Sequence record: ON287376.1
Direction: 5' to 3' (one strand)
DNA length: 64,000 nucleotides
The notes under the pieces were generated by a model. That model saw only the letters and a program-made list of their open reading frames with translations. It made no database searches and was not told the origin of the DNA. Positions within the stretch are counted from its first letter, which is position 1. Every line of letters starts with the position of its first letter. A program made the position numbers and the translations under genes. Of the stretch, positions 38,210 to 49,922 are shown piece after piece.

Positions 38210-41200
38210 CTATCGTGTCACTCGGGTATCGAACGGCAAACCGCCGGTCTTCTCTGGCATCCCTCCAGAAGTCGATGTCCGACGAAGTAAATCATCGGTA
38301 TCAGAGTTCTTGGAGTTAGCCGGGATGTCTTCACCTTGAGTCCTACTTCCTTTTAAGTGCTTAAGGAGAGCATTGAGAATACCTGTGGTGTTTTCGCTGG
38401 TCAGTTTCTGATAAGTGAGTGAATCCTTCATAAAATCAACAGAGCTCATCTCACTCTTCGTTTTCTCCCTCACGACTTCTTGTCTACGAGTGACAGAGCT
38501 GCGTTGGAGTTCACGACTTTCATTACGCTGATCTTGCGCTGCAGCAATCTCCGGGGCCACAGTACTCGGTGCAGTGATAGTTGGAACCGTATCAGTAGAA
38601 CCGGTAAAGTTAGGCGTACCCAACGTACTACCTTTAGGCAAGGCACCTTTAGGATCGAACGGGGTAGGAGTTGATGCAGTAGCACCAGGGGTAGTTGGCG
38701 TTTCAGCAGGGAGCGCCGGAGTAGTTGGCGTACCACCTACGTTACGATCGCCCGCTTCGGAAGCAGCACGATTAGACAGAGCGTTAGCTTCATCCACGTA
38801 CTGACCACCATTACGGTTCAGATAACCGGACAGACTTCTCCGGAAATCACCGACCGTTCTAACACCGTTAAAGATCTCCGGGTTAGCCTTAGATACCTTA
38901 TCGTAGTCGGTCATCGCCTGACGAATATCCGTATCGTCAGATTTACTTAGCATCTTACGTGCACCGCCCGTTCCTAGGAAGTGAGCAGCGTAGAGGTCTT
39001 CTGCAGTCAATGGACGACCAATGCTACCTAAAGCTTCTTGGTTCTTACGCATGTACTCAGCTGTGGCTAACATGTTAGCACGAGGATCCATCTGAGTAGC
39101 GTTAGGGTTAACTCCGTACTTCTTAACCAGAGTAGGGAGTATTTCCTTCCAAGTCGAGTCGATGAACTGACCGAAACCTGCGGCACTGGACTTAGGGTTT
39201 TTGGCAGCCGGGTTAAACCTCGACTCCTGTGCAACCATCGCAGCAAGAGCACCGGCATCCACACCTACCATCCGAGCAGCAGCCACGATGAGATCGCGGT
39301 TCTCTGCCCAACCTCTGCCCTGGGACTGAGGAAGGTCATTTACGCTACCGCCAGTACCTGTACCATGTTGCAACTCATTACCGTAGATACCTGAAGTCCC
39401 AGCGTTCTCGAACGACGTGCCCGTAGTACCGTAACTGGTTGAGTACGAGTTAGTGTTACCACCTTGAGCGGATCCACTGTACTTGCCAGAAACAGCAATC
39501 TGGTTTTGCAACGCCATCTTAATCGCTTGACCCGTCTTAGTGTCGTCAAGTTTCTTACCGTCAAAGGTAGTCTTGTCGATCTCTTTCTGGGTACGGACTT
39601 TCTCTTGATAAACTTCTTTCTTAGACTGATCCCTCAACGAGTCGAGGTTATCGTTCACGGAACTGGAATCCGCATTCATCCGACGACCTGGCCATGGAGA
39701 CGCCAGTACTTGCCAGACAGAATACGTATTACCATTGAACTCAGTCTTAGCGCCAACCAGGAAGTTAGCAATCTTCAAGAGATCACTAGACTTAAGCGTT
39801 TTCCAAGAATCAATAGGAGATGTCTGTGGAGAAATCTTTTTAGCCTGAGCGCAGAAGTTCAAGAAGGCCGGTAAGAAACGATGCTGGAACCAAGTCATCC
39901 AGTTAGTCTTCGCTTCCTTATCTGCGGTGTTGATACCAAACCGAGGTGCCCACAATGCGAAGGTTTTATCCATGTCACCATTGAAGGTAGCTTGGAACTT
40001 AGCATTGTACTGAACCTGTTTAATCAGCTCGGATTCCATTACCAGCAGCAAGTTGACTTCTTCTTTCACTAATTGATTAAGACCATACGTTTTTACACGG
40101 ATAGAACTGAGGTCATCAATTCGGTTAGAGATTTGGATCATCTCGTCTTGCTGGACGTTACCCGTGATACCGCCAGGAATACTGACTTTATCACCTGGGC
40201 TGTAGAACAGATCAGTTGATGGGTTAATGGCACGGTCATCTTGCTGTTGCATATTGCGCAGGGCATTCTGAACAGGAGTGATCGGCTTAGTCGCAAACGT
40301 ACTCTTAGCTTGGTCGACAGATTTCTTCGACTGGTACGCCTTCTCTTGCTGGGAATATTTCTCGATAACGATATCGCGGTATTTAGCCGGATAGCCAGAG
40401 CCTACAACAGAACGCTTACCAGGGAACGGTGAGGCGGAGATGTTGTAAGGTGAGTTTTCACCAGAACTTTCGATAAAGGTTTCCCTTGCGAACTGTGGTC
40501 GTTGTCCAGGTTCGAGGAAGTCAGCATCAGTCAACTTAGCTTTAGGATCCATCTTACGGAGTACCGTAAGGTTCTTAGAGAACACCGGAACAAAGCGTTT
40601 GTTGTACCAACGCATCCACTCTACGACCTGACGTTGGTTTTGCAACTCAATACCGAACGACTCGAGGAGAGACTCGAACTCAAGAGAGCCAATACGAACA
40701 CCGCCGTTAGGCATGACCGTCGTTTTCTTGAGTACAGCTTCTTCTAACGCCAAGATCTTACCGCGAGATTCACCATCGTTAACATCGGCACCATATTGAG
40801 CAATGCGATAGTCACGAAGTGGAGTCATGCGGTTACTGTACATCTGCCAACCTTTATAGATCAGGTAACCTGTACCTGCTACAGCAGCGGCAATAGCCAG
40901 ACCAGGAGCAGAGACTAATCCACCGAGTGCAGCTGCACCCATACGGAGAACTGTACCTGCGCCACCTAATGCAAAGCGACCTGCTGCCAATGCACCGCGA
41001 CCAGCCAAACGACCAACCTTACCTAAGAGACGACCACCACGACGAAGGATACCGCCTTTACGACCACCGCCTGCCAAATCACCGATGTCACCTAGAGCAT
41101 CAGCACCTTTACGAAGCGCCAACCATTTAGGCAAGTCTTTGATCCAACCTGCGAATTTACCCAGACCAGAACGAATGCCGCCAATAGCAGCACCGATACC

Positions 41201-44200
41201 AGACAGAGCCATCCAGATAAGTTTAGACCAGCCGCCCTCAGTCTTAGCAGCAACCTTCTCAGCTTTGGCTACGTCTGCAGCTTTCCCGCCGTTATCTTTC
41301 AAACGGTTTAACCAACTACCTGCACGAGCACTTAAACGTTCTCTGATGTCATTAGCACGATCGATAGAGTTCTTACCGACATTACGTGCCCAACCGGTCA
41401 GTTTGGAAAGCGCACCTTGACCACCGCTACGCAGATCCTCTACGCTATCACCCAACCCTTCCAACGGATTCTGTCCAGTGAATTGGTTAGCTAACAGACG
41501 ATAGATACGTTTCAGCCAGAAGGTTTGTTTATCGGTACCTTTACCGCCACGACGACCAATGCCAGTAATTGCACCCAGGGCATTACCTGCCATGTTTACA
41601 ACACCGTTAGCCGCTCTCCATGGAAGACTCAGGAGATCTTTACCGATACGGAACGCAGTACCAACACCGCCGGTAATTAACGCCCCTACGGTACCGTAGC
41701 CGCTACGGATAGGTTTACCTGAACGATCTACAATCCCCTTCTCGCGAATCTCGCTATCGAGCAGTACAGGACGCAATTGACGGGTAGTAGGATCCATCTC
41801 ACCGATGTCGCCAACAATGTCCCTTGGACTACGAACAATCTTGCCTGTAGCGATTTGATAGTATTCACCAGCATTCAGCTTAGAGCTGTAAAGCCGGGGA
41901 GCCTTCTCACCTGCTACGTAAACATCAGGCATTCTGCTCAGCAGTCGTTTGGCCGTATTAAGGAAACCGCGCGCAACACCAGTAGCCATCCTGAAAGGAG
42001 CACCTGTTGCGTTGTGGATACCGGCAACTACTTTACCTACTGTACCAAAGATATTGGCAGAGAGGCGTTTACCGTCCTTATTGAACAGACCTTGTTTGAC
42101 ATCGTCTGCACTCAGAACTTGTGTTTGCTCAACGGTATCAAATACCGGACCGGTGATATCCTTAATAGAGGAAATAACTTTACCGGAGTTCTGATCAATG
42201 TACCGACCAGTCCCGAAGCCTTCCTTACTGATGACCTTTTTAAATCCTTGAGCACCTTGGATGTAAACGTCACTGAACCGATCACGAGCACGACCAATTA
42301 CACCAGTCAATCCACCGGTGAGAACGTTCATGGCAGTACGACCTACCGCCATAGCAGGAGAGATCGATTTGCGCAGAGCGGCATTGAATGCACGGAAAGG
42401 TAATCCAGTAGCGTTCCATACTGCTTTATGCCCACGCCATGCTGTGCTGAGAGCACGTCTCCACCAAGGACCGCGAGCAGCACTTGAAGTAGAGGAGCCC
42501 GTACCTTCTCCACCACCGCCTGAACCACCACCCATACCGCCAGCGGCGATGATAGACCGGATAGCTTCAACGTTGTCAGCCAACGAACCTACAGCGTGAT
42601 GCGTGAACTCTTGTTGGATACCCAACTGAGCCAACAACTTAGCCGTTTGTTCTTCAATGGCAGAAACTACCCCGTTACCTTTCTCAGCTTGTCGACGACG
42701 AGTGAGGTCAAGTATCGAATTGTTGTCAACCCGAGCAGAATAGTTAATAGAACTAGGTCCAGGATAATTACGAAGCTGGCTAAAACGAGCAGCACCAAGA
42801 GGCCCAGTGTTTCCAGAAAGCAACGACGAAATAGATGGAGCTTGTGACGGAGATCCTGATAAACCGCCTTCACCATTTTCAACCCCTTCATTATCAGTAC
42901 GATTACCGTAGTAGTCAGGATTGATATCCCAACGACCGTTACGGAACTTAACTGCGCCTGTTGCAATTAATGCTTCGATTCCACCGGTACTCGCCAACGC
43001 ATGTGCACGATTATAAATCCCAACGGTTTGGTTTGAACCGTAGTTGAATAACCCAGCATCACGGTTAAGGTTTTGGTTACGACCAGAGAAGATGTTAGTC
43101 GAATAACGACCATCATTACCCTGAGTCATCCCGTAGCGCTCTACGAGGAGTTTACGCCACGTATCCTTATCGGCTTCGGACATACCGGAAACGTTTAAGT
43201 TCATGAGCTTGTTAGGGTTGAACGCAGCACTGGTTCTGCCCCGACGCATCAGCTCACGAATAATAGCGTCCCTACCTTGAGGACTCAACGAATCGTTAGG
43301 GTCAATCGACTTCAATAAAGAAGACATGGTACGACGCTGACGTTCGATCTCATCTTTACCGATGAGAGAATTATGCGTGTCTTCTACGGACTCGTTAAAT
43401 GTCGTGAATGTACCACGTTGTTGATTGTAAACGACGCGAGGAGTATTTTTATCTCCAGTACGGATACCATCGATACTATGTAATATCCGCGAGAGGTAGC
43501 CTGGAATAATCTCTTCCAGAGCACGGAGTTTACGATCTTCAAAACCGATCGCACTATCCTTCAGTCCATTGAGTCCAGTTGCTCTTACGGTTCCCTGGTC
43601 ACGGTACCCTGAACGCAATACGTCTTTCAGGAGATTCGTTACCGGGGAATGCCAACGGCCGTATGATTGACCGCTACTACCGTATTCGGAAAGCAGACGT
43701 TCACGGTTATTGAAGAGATAGTTAGCCTGCTGGAATATGCCGTCTGTCCTTTTAAGGAAACGGTTATTACGAACACGACGACCTAACCAACGGCCACCAC
43801 GCAGAGCTGCTTGGTTACCGACCGCACCTGCTGCGAATTCCAATGGATCAATACCCATGGACTCCAACAGCTCACGCTGCATCTCCATCCCTTCCAGACC
43901 GCTGTTAGCAGTCTCTAAACCATATTGGAAGTTTTGGATCTGACGAGATACCGCGCTCTTAGCACGGTTAGTGATGTTGGTGCGGTAGTTACGTGTCCAC
44001 TCACCAATGGTCTGGTTGATCTTGCCAAAGACACCTTCACGCGCATAACGCATGTACTCTTCACTCTGACGTTGTTTAACAACTTCAGGTAAGCCGGTGT
44101 TCTTGACTACGTCACGTAACAGGTTAGACGTTTCAATCGCAGACTTCTGCGCTACGTCCAATGTCGCACGAGAAACCATGAGCTGACGAATACGGAGCTC

Positions 44201-44851
44201 TAACGATTTCTTTTGATACGCACGCTGGACATTGAATGTATACGCGGTTTGTTTACTGAGTTCGTTCTGGATACCGAAAAGGCTATCCGCAACTACTTGA
44301 CGATATTTCAGTTCACTGAGACGATCAATTGTCTTATCCGCTTGATCTTGTAAGCGATCGTTTTCCTGGTTAGCGAAAACTTCTTCCAAGACACGAGAAG
44401 TAACAGCATCTTCTACGTTAATGTTATTTAGCGAATAAGGGTTCTGTTTATTCTCCTGTCCCCATTTAGCCAAGCGCTTGTTGAATGGGTTCTTAGGGAA
44501 CAATCGGTTTAGTGACCGAGCAGCAGCTTTGAATTCACGTACAGCAGGCCCTGCTTCTCTTCGTACGTCGGTCAGTAATTCTTTGGTACCTAACGCCGCA
44601 CGGTCTGCGTTTTCCAAAGTGACTGAGAAAGAGGGAGGTAACGCACCTTTGAGGATTTCCCTCGCCATGGTAGTCGTTAGCGTACTCTTACCCATTTCGC
44701 GAAGTACAGTTTTACCTACGCGAATTGTCGGGTTACGATCCCTGCTTTTATTGTCAGGCTGCAGGTCATTATAGTTGAGGTCATTGCCCCAACTTTCCTC
44801 GAAGTCGTATTCGTTAGCACGACCGAGATCAACCTTTTCTTTTTTAGCCAT
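38210..44851 (-). CDS. Tail tape measure protein with C-terminal lytic transglycosylase domain (phiKZ gp181-like)
   Basis: 2213 aa, helical and Gly/Ala-rich; SLT motifs AQESRFNPAAKN..AAGFGQFIDSTW and LYAAHFLG at about 38950-39250. Confidence 0.9.
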   Translation of the reverse strand: MAKKEKVDLGRANEYDFEESWGNDLNYNDLQPDNKSRDRNPTIRVGKTVLREMGKSTLTTTMAREILKGALPPSFSVTLENADRAALGTKELLTDVRREAGPAVREFKAAARSLNRLFPKNPFNKRLAKWGQENKQNPYSLNNINVEDAVTSRVLEEVFANQENDRLQDQADKTIDRLSELKYRQVVADSLFGIQNELSKQTAYTFNVQRAYQKKSLELRIRQLMVSRATLDVAQKSAIETSNLLRDVVKNTGLPEVVKQRQSEEYMRYAREGVFGKINQTIGEWTRNYRTNITNRAKSAVSRQIQNFQYGLETANSGLEGMEMQRELLESMGIDPLEFAAGAVGNQAALRGGRWLGRRVRNNRFLKRTDGIFQQANYLFNNRERLLSEYGSSGQSYGRWHSPVTNLLKDVLRSGYRDQGTVRATGLNGLKDSAIGFEDRKLRALEEIIPGYLSRILHSIDGIRTGDKNTPRVVYNQQRGTFTTFNESVEDTHNSLIGKDEIERQRRTMSSLLKSIDPNDSLSPQGRDAIIRELMRRGRTSAAFNPNKLMNLNVSGMSEADKDTWRKLLVERYGMTQGNDGRYSTNIFSGRNQNLNRDAGLFNYGSNQTVGIYNRAHALASTGGIEALIATGAVKFRNGRWDINPDYYGNRTDNEGVENGEGGLSGSPSQAPSISSLLSGNTGPLGAARFSQLRNYPGPSSINYSARVDNNSILDLTRRRQAEKGNGVVSAIEEQTAKLLAQLGIQQEFTHHAVGSLADNVEAIRSIIAAGGMGGGSGGGGEGTGSSTSSAARGPWWRRALSTAWRGHKAVWNATGLPFRAFNAALRKSISPAMAVGRTAMNVLTGGLTGVIGRARDRFSDVYIQGAQGFKKVISKEGFGTGRYIDQNSGKVISSIKDITGPVFDTVEQTQVLSADDVKQGLFNKDGKRLSANIFGTVGKVVAGIHNATGAPFRMATGVARGFLNTAKRLLSRMPDVYVAGEKAPRLYSSKLNAGEYYQIATGKIVRSPRDIVGDIGEMDPTTRQLRPVLLDSEIREKGIVDRSGKPIRSGYGTVGALITGGVGTAFRIGKDLLSLPWRAANGVVNMAGNALGAITGIGRRGGKGTDKQTFWLKRIYRLLANQFTGQNPLEGLGDSVEDLRSGGQGALSKLTGWARNVGKNSIDRANDIRERLSARAGSWLNRLKDNGGKAADVAKAEKVAAKTEGGWSKLIWMALSGIGAAIGGIRSGLGKFAGWIKDLPKWLALRKGADALGDIGDLAGGGRKGGILRRGGRLLGKVGRLAGRGALAAGRFALGGAGTVLRMGAAALGGLVSAPGLAIAAAVAGTGYLIYKGWQMYSNRMTPLRDYRIAQYGADVNDGESRGKILALEEAVLKKTTVMPNGGVRIGSLEFESLLESFGIELQNQRQVVEWMRWYNKRFVPVFSKNLTVLRKMDPKAKLTDADFLEPGQRPQFARETFIESSGENSPYNISASPFPGKRSVVGSGYPAKYRDIVIEKYSQQEKAYQSKKSVDQAKSTFATKPITPVQNALRNMQQQDDRAINPSTDLFYSPGDKVSIPGGITGNVQQDEMIQISNRIDDLSSIRVKTYGLNQLVKEEVNLLLVMESELIKQVQYNAKFQATFNGDMDKTFALWAPRFGINTADKEAKTNWMTWFQHRFLPAFLNFCAQAKKISPQTSPIDSWKTLKSSDLLKIANFLVGAKTEFNGNTYSVWQVLASPWPGRRMNADSSSVNDNLDSLRDQSKKEVYQEKVRTQKEIDKTTFDGKKLDDTKTGQAIKMALQNQIAVSGKYSGSAQGGNTNSYSTSYGTTGTSFENAGTSGIYGNELQHGTGTGGSVNDLPQSQGRGWAENRDLIVAAARMVGVDAGALAAMVAQESRFNPAAKNPKSSAAGFGQFIDSTWKEILPTLVKKYGVNPNATQMDPRANMLATAEYMRKNQEALGSIGRPLTAEDLYAAHFLGTGGARKMLSKSDDTDIRQAMTDYDKVSKANPEIFNGVRTVGDFRRSLSGYLNRNGGQYVDEANALSNRAASEAGDRNVGGTPTTPALPAETPTTPGATASTPTPFDPKGALPKGSTLGTPNFTGSTDTVPTITAPSTVAPEIAAAQDQRNESRELQRSSVTRRQEVVREKTKSEMSSVDFMKDSLTYQKLTSENTTGILNALLKHLKGSRTQGEDIPANSKNSDTDDLLRRTSTSGGMPEKTGGLPFDTRVTR

Positions 44852-44895
44852 TACACTACCTTTATTAACTAAAGTTTGAGAGGAGCACGTTTACC

Positions 44896-46533
44896 ATGCG
44901 TCTCAATGAAATGCCTTTTAACATTTTCATTATGGACGTTACTCCAGAACTTATTCGTTCCATGCGAGCAACGACCACAACTGAAATTTTCGAAACGGGC
45001 ACACGTAACTTCAACCGGGACGGTTTGTTTAGCGTAGAGACTTACGGTACGCTAGGTAGCCCAGAACGTGACGGAAGATTCAGCTATATTAATTTAAACA
45101 CGTCCATTTTCCACCCTTTGATTTACAAACGTTTGGGGACATTGAAACGTCTCTATACCGAAATTATCGAAGGTACTCGTTACGCGATATTTGACGAAGA
45201 GAAAAAAGACTTCATCCCAGCCGATGAGACGGTTGGTGAAACAGGCTTTGCTTTCTTCGTTAAACATTTCCCTAACCTCGTTATAGAGGAAGGCGATTCT
45301 GAGATCCGTAACCTTCGCGTTCGCTTGATTAACGAAAACCGTAATAAAGCAATGCTCGAACGCATCTTGGTGATGCCGGCAGGTTTACGTGACCTGATTG
45401 TTGAACCGGGCACAGGAAGAACCTCAGAAGACGAGATCAACAAATTCTACCGTGCAATGATTTCCATCGCTAACGGTATCTCCGGTTCATCCACCAACCG
45501 CAATGACCCAATCATCAACTATTCTCGTCTGAGTTTACAACGTAACTTCAACGAGATCTTTGAGTACGTCTTTAACATGATTAAAGGCAAGAAGGGGTTT
45601 GCGTTGTCCAAGTGGGCATCTCGTAAAATCCTGAACGGTACCGCTAACGTAATCACGCCGATGAACGTAGGTACTGATCGCCTGGGCTCTAACCGTACTC
45701 CAGTCATCAACGACGTCCAGCTCGGTCTGTATCAAGTAATTAAAGCAGTACTTCCTAAGACACGTTACTTCATTCGTAACGGCTGGGTTGGTCAGGTATT
45801 CTCCGGTAACACCGAAGATGAAGTTCGTTTGACCGATCCTAAGACACTGCGTGCAGTATTCGTAAAACCTTCTCCAGAGTCCGTCACTCGTTGGACGACT
45901 AAAGAGGGTATCGATGCAGAGATTACTCGGTACAAGATTCTAGGTTTCCGCCAGCGTCCAATTATGGTAGATGGCTACTACCTTGGTCTGCTTTATGCCG
46001 GCCCACAAGGTTGGCGTTTCTTTGCAGATATTAATGAGCTGCCCCAAGGGTTCGACAAAAAGTACGTCTACCCTATTAACATGACCTCTCTTTATTATCT
46101 GAGTGGTTATCGTGAGTGGCACAAAATGGCCGGTATCGTTACCCGTTATCCGGTAACTGGCCCAGGCTCTACTTACATAGGAAACATCTATTGTAAGACA
46201 ACTCAGAAGACGCAATCTCTCCCTGAGTTGGACGAAAGCTGGCATCGCCTTGGTCCGGACTTCATTGCCAATGAGTTCCCAGACCAGTCGCAAAAAGCGA
46301 CTCACTATATGACCCTCAGTCCACACCCGTCACGTATCGCCCCGCTGGGCGCGGACTATGACGGTGACCGTTGTACTTTCACTGCAGTGTACGGTCGTGA
46401 TTCTCTGGAAGAGTACGAACTCATCAAGAGTAAGAAAGAGTGGTACGTATCTGCTCGAGGTAGCCTGGCACTTTCTGCTGACGTAGATAACCTCGACTTG
46501 GTACTCCGTAATATCACTGGCGGGCCGAAATAA
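44896..46533 (+). CDS. rpoC: Virion RNA polymerase beta-prime subunit, N-terminal/catalytic fragment (phiKZ gp180-like)
   Basis: GLFSVETYG, ILVMPAGLRD, KGKKGF..RK, TRYP, and catalytic GADYDGD (46351-46368). Confidence 0.92.
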   Translation: MRLNEMPFNIFIMDVTPELIRSMRATTTTEIFETGTRNFNRDGLFSVETYGTLGSPERDGRFSYINLNTSIFHPLIYKRLGTLKRLYTEIIEGTRYAIFDEEKKDFIPADETVGETGFAFFVKHFPNLVIEEGDSEIRNLRVRLINENRNKAMLERILVMPAGLRDLIVEPGTGRTSEDEINKFYRAMISIANGISGSSTNRNDPIINYSRLSLQRNFNEIFEYVFNMIKGKKGFALSKWASRKILNGTANVITPMNVGTDRLGSNRTPVINDVQLGLYQVIKAVLPKTRYFIRNGWVGQVFSGNTEDEVRLTDPKTLRAVFVKPSPESVTRWTTKEGIDAEITRYKILGFRQRPIMVDGYYLGLLYAGPQGWRFFADINELPQGFDKKYVYPINMTSLYYLSGYREWHKMAGIVTRYPVTGPGSTYIGNIYCKTTQKTQSLPELDESWHRLGPDFIANEFPDQSQKATHYMTLSPHPSRIAPLGADYDGDRCTFTAVYGRDSLEEYELIKSKKEWYVSARGSLALSADVDNLDLVLRNITGGPK

Positions 46534-46550
46534 ATTAATTACTCTTAGGA

Positions 46551-49500
46551 GTGTCTCTGACAATGAGTAACATTACTTATCCCGAACTCTATCAACGATT
46601 CGGTATACGTTCTACTTCGGGGTTAACTACCCCGAAACTGTTTAATCTGGAGAACTTCAAACTCCCTCGTGGAGCGATCGTTCACTACCTGCCTCAGTCG
46701 GTTTCCGATTTAGGCCCGGACGATCAGTTCTTCCCGATTATCAATGAACGTCTTCGTCCCTACGTAGACCAGGTTACCGATATGACCTCCCATGAAGGCG
46801 CTCCTCGCCGTCGTGGCGCCTTTAACGTAGAGAACCTGAAGCGCCAGTGGCTGATTCGTAATCGTCGCTACAGACGCGTTACAGACATCGCCAGAGCGTT
46901 AGACGATCGTCAAACTGCAATCGTTGTTAACTACGCTTTGATCCCGATGCAATGGAAATACCAACCGGTCCCAATGGCCCGCTGGTTCCGTTTCCAAAAC
47001 CTGATGAAGACGTTCGCTGACCGTGTCAAATATTTCGGTGAACAGTCTAGCCGTCCCCAGTTCCTCTTCCTTACTCTGCCGGATGTATTACCGTCACGTC
47101 AATACCTGAACGTATCGGTTGAGGCCTACGATGTAATTCAGGATGCCCGTCAGGCTCAGCAAAGTAATCTGCAGAGCCAACAAGGCGATACTATCGCACG
47201 GTACTACGATAACCTCTATCCGGGTATCATGACTGGCCAGGGTACTGCGTTCTCTAACGAGGCGTTTGATGCCAGTGCGTTAGGTTGGGGCGATGAACCT
47301 GCGTTCGAATCCTTCGATGAATCTTCACTCTCAATGGGTGATGATGATCCGATCGTAGCCGTTGAGTCGATGAACCGTATTCGCCTGGGTTACTTCCAAG
47401 ATGACGCGTCTCTGTTCCTTTCTGATCTTTGGAAGTGGATGTCAGAGAACCGCGATGAATCCATCCTGGGTTCCATCCCAAGTAACGCATTGAAGAACCT
47501 TAACCTGGTTGTCATGCGTAATGGTAAGTTCAGCCTGCTCTCCTTCGATAAACTTGACCAATGGGTTAAGTCGGAAGAGAACGAACGCGGTATCGGTTTC
47601 GGTTCAATGTCTCAGACGATGGATCGCTACTTGCAGAACATCGTGACGACGACTTCGGTATCCGACAAAATCACTGTTGAAGAAGAAGTTGCAGAAACTG
47701 GTGAAACGGAAGTCAGTGACATTAAAGTCCCTGAACCACAACCGGGTGACCCAGATGTAGATGTCAGCGTTGGTGACAAAGGCGAAAGCGACATCGGACG
47801 TCTTCGTCGTAGCGCTCAGCGCGTAACCAAAACTCCCCGTGAGATTTTGGCAACTAAGCGCAGCGAAACACCAATTCAAAATACCGACGTCACGGCGACC
47901 ACGAGTTTCCAACCCGAGGAAACTACTGTTGTAGTAGACAAGCCTACTCCGGGTAAATCGGAAGAGGAAGTCATCGATACCAACAACCCGTTGATCAAAC
48001 CGGTTGAAAAACGTTCCCGTGATCTCCTGAGTAAAGGGCTTATCTCAGGTAACGAGTTTAAACGTCACGTACGCCTCGCTAACAGCTTCAAGAGTATCAA
48101 AGCACCATTCGGTGAAGGTACTCTGGAAGACTTCATGAAGATCCCTCACGAGCAACTGTGGGACTTTAAAGCGAAAGAGATTCCGGACATCCCTCACGTG
48201 GTCGATAAGACCATGTTGAAGTCTACCTTACTGAACTACGACCAAGATTACATCAGTAATGTCTTCCAGAAAGATGTTGCAAACATGGTCGTCAGTTTAC
48301 AGAAGGCAGGTCTGGCAATTACGGATTATCGCGTCGAGAAGAAATCCGATGCGTTGAACGACCTCTACGACTACACGATTAAAGTCGTGCCGGTCTATGG
48401 TAGTCCTTCTACTATCCGCTTCCAATTACCGGCAGTGGATAAGAATGGTAAGTATCGCGTGAATGGCACTAAGTACTTCATGCGTAAACTTAAGTTCGAT
48501 AAACCAATCCGTAAGATCTCTCCGAGCATCGTGGCGTTGTCTACGTACTACGGTAAGCTCTTCGTTGAGCGCTCTTCGCGTGCAAGTGAAGATTTGGGCC
48601 ATGTCCTTGTTGACCTGATCGAAAGGTCTAGTCAGCTCGACGTCCCTGCCGTTACCGATTTGGTACTGGGCAATACATTCACCGAAGATCAAGACGTACC
48701 GCGCGAATATTCCGCATTGGCAAAAGAGTTCGTCTCCTTTGTACTGAATGGAATCCTGTTTACATTCGACTACCCTAACCTGGCGAATAACTACACGGAA
48801 GACGTCGTAGTGGCAGCTAAGGCGAAGGGCTGGGTTCCAGTTGGTCGCAAAGGTAAAGAGTTCATCTTCATGAATAATGAAGGTAAGCTCGTCGACGCTA
48901 AAGGTAATGTGTTAGGTTCTATCAACGAGATGTTGGGATTACCTGATGAGAAACTTCCGGTTGAGCAAGTGATCGTTAAGATCATGGGCGAAGAGATTCC
49001 GATGGCTGCGATCCTCATGTATCACATGGGCATCACTAAGTTGATGAACACTCTCCCAGTAAAACCAGAGCGTCGTGTTAAAGGCACTCGCGTCGAGCCT
49101 GTCCCAGGTACGTTCGAGTTAGTCTTTGCTGATGAAGTTTGGCGCTTCCCTGTCCACGGTGGTAATAGTAGTCTGATTTGGGCTTCCCTCCAACGTTGGA
49201 AGAAATACCTCCGTAGCTTCTCTGTACAAGAGCTGGACAATCCGGACACCTTTAACCTGCTGTTCGGTATGGCTAACCTGAGTGCGCGTTACGTGCGTGA
49301 GATCGACAACATCAATGCGTTGTTCTTAGATCCTATCGCTATTGACGTACTGCGCGATATGAAAGAACCGACCGAGTTGAACGACCTGTTCATCAAGGCA
49401 GCTTTCTATCTGGTGACCGATAACTATCCGAGTGATATTTCCTCAGACGGTTCTCTGTTCCGTGGTTACGAACGTATGCCTGGCGAAGTCTACCGTACTT

Positions 49501-49922
49501 TGTCCAACGCGTATCGTTCTTACGCCAGTCAGCCTGTTAGTTCCCGTGCAACTATCGATATCCCGCCGTTTGAAGTATTGGCGGCAATCCAACGTGACCC
49601 ATCCGTCGCCATCGTTGAGGATTCTAACCCAATCCACAACCTTAAAGAGAAAGAGAACGTAACTTACTCTGGTACAGGCGGTCGGTCTAAACGTGCAATG
49701 GTTCGTCGTACTCGTGCGTTCCATAAATCAGATATCGGTATTCGTGCAGAGGCATCGGTGGATAACGGTGACGTAGGGATTAACACATTCCTTACCGCTA
49801 ACCCTAACCTGACCTCGCTTCGCGGTACAGCAGTTCCAACTGTTGATCCGGATCCGAAGAACGGTGTCGGTAACCTTCTGAGTACGTCAGCGCTCGTAGC
49901 TCCATTTGCGACATACGACGAT
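46551..49922 (+). CDS. rpoB: Virion RNA polymerase beta subunit (phiKZ gp178-like), exon 1
   Basis: Beta motifs RGYER, TYSGTGG, RAFHKSDIGIRAEASVDNGDVG; homology breaks at APFATYDD; start may be ATG 46563. Confidence 0.88.

Noticed and set aside
15344-46533. Inteins in SbcC, UvsX or RNAP beta-prime
   Set aside because: No C/S...HN splice motifs or LAGLIDADG blocks seen, and lengths are as expected for the families.
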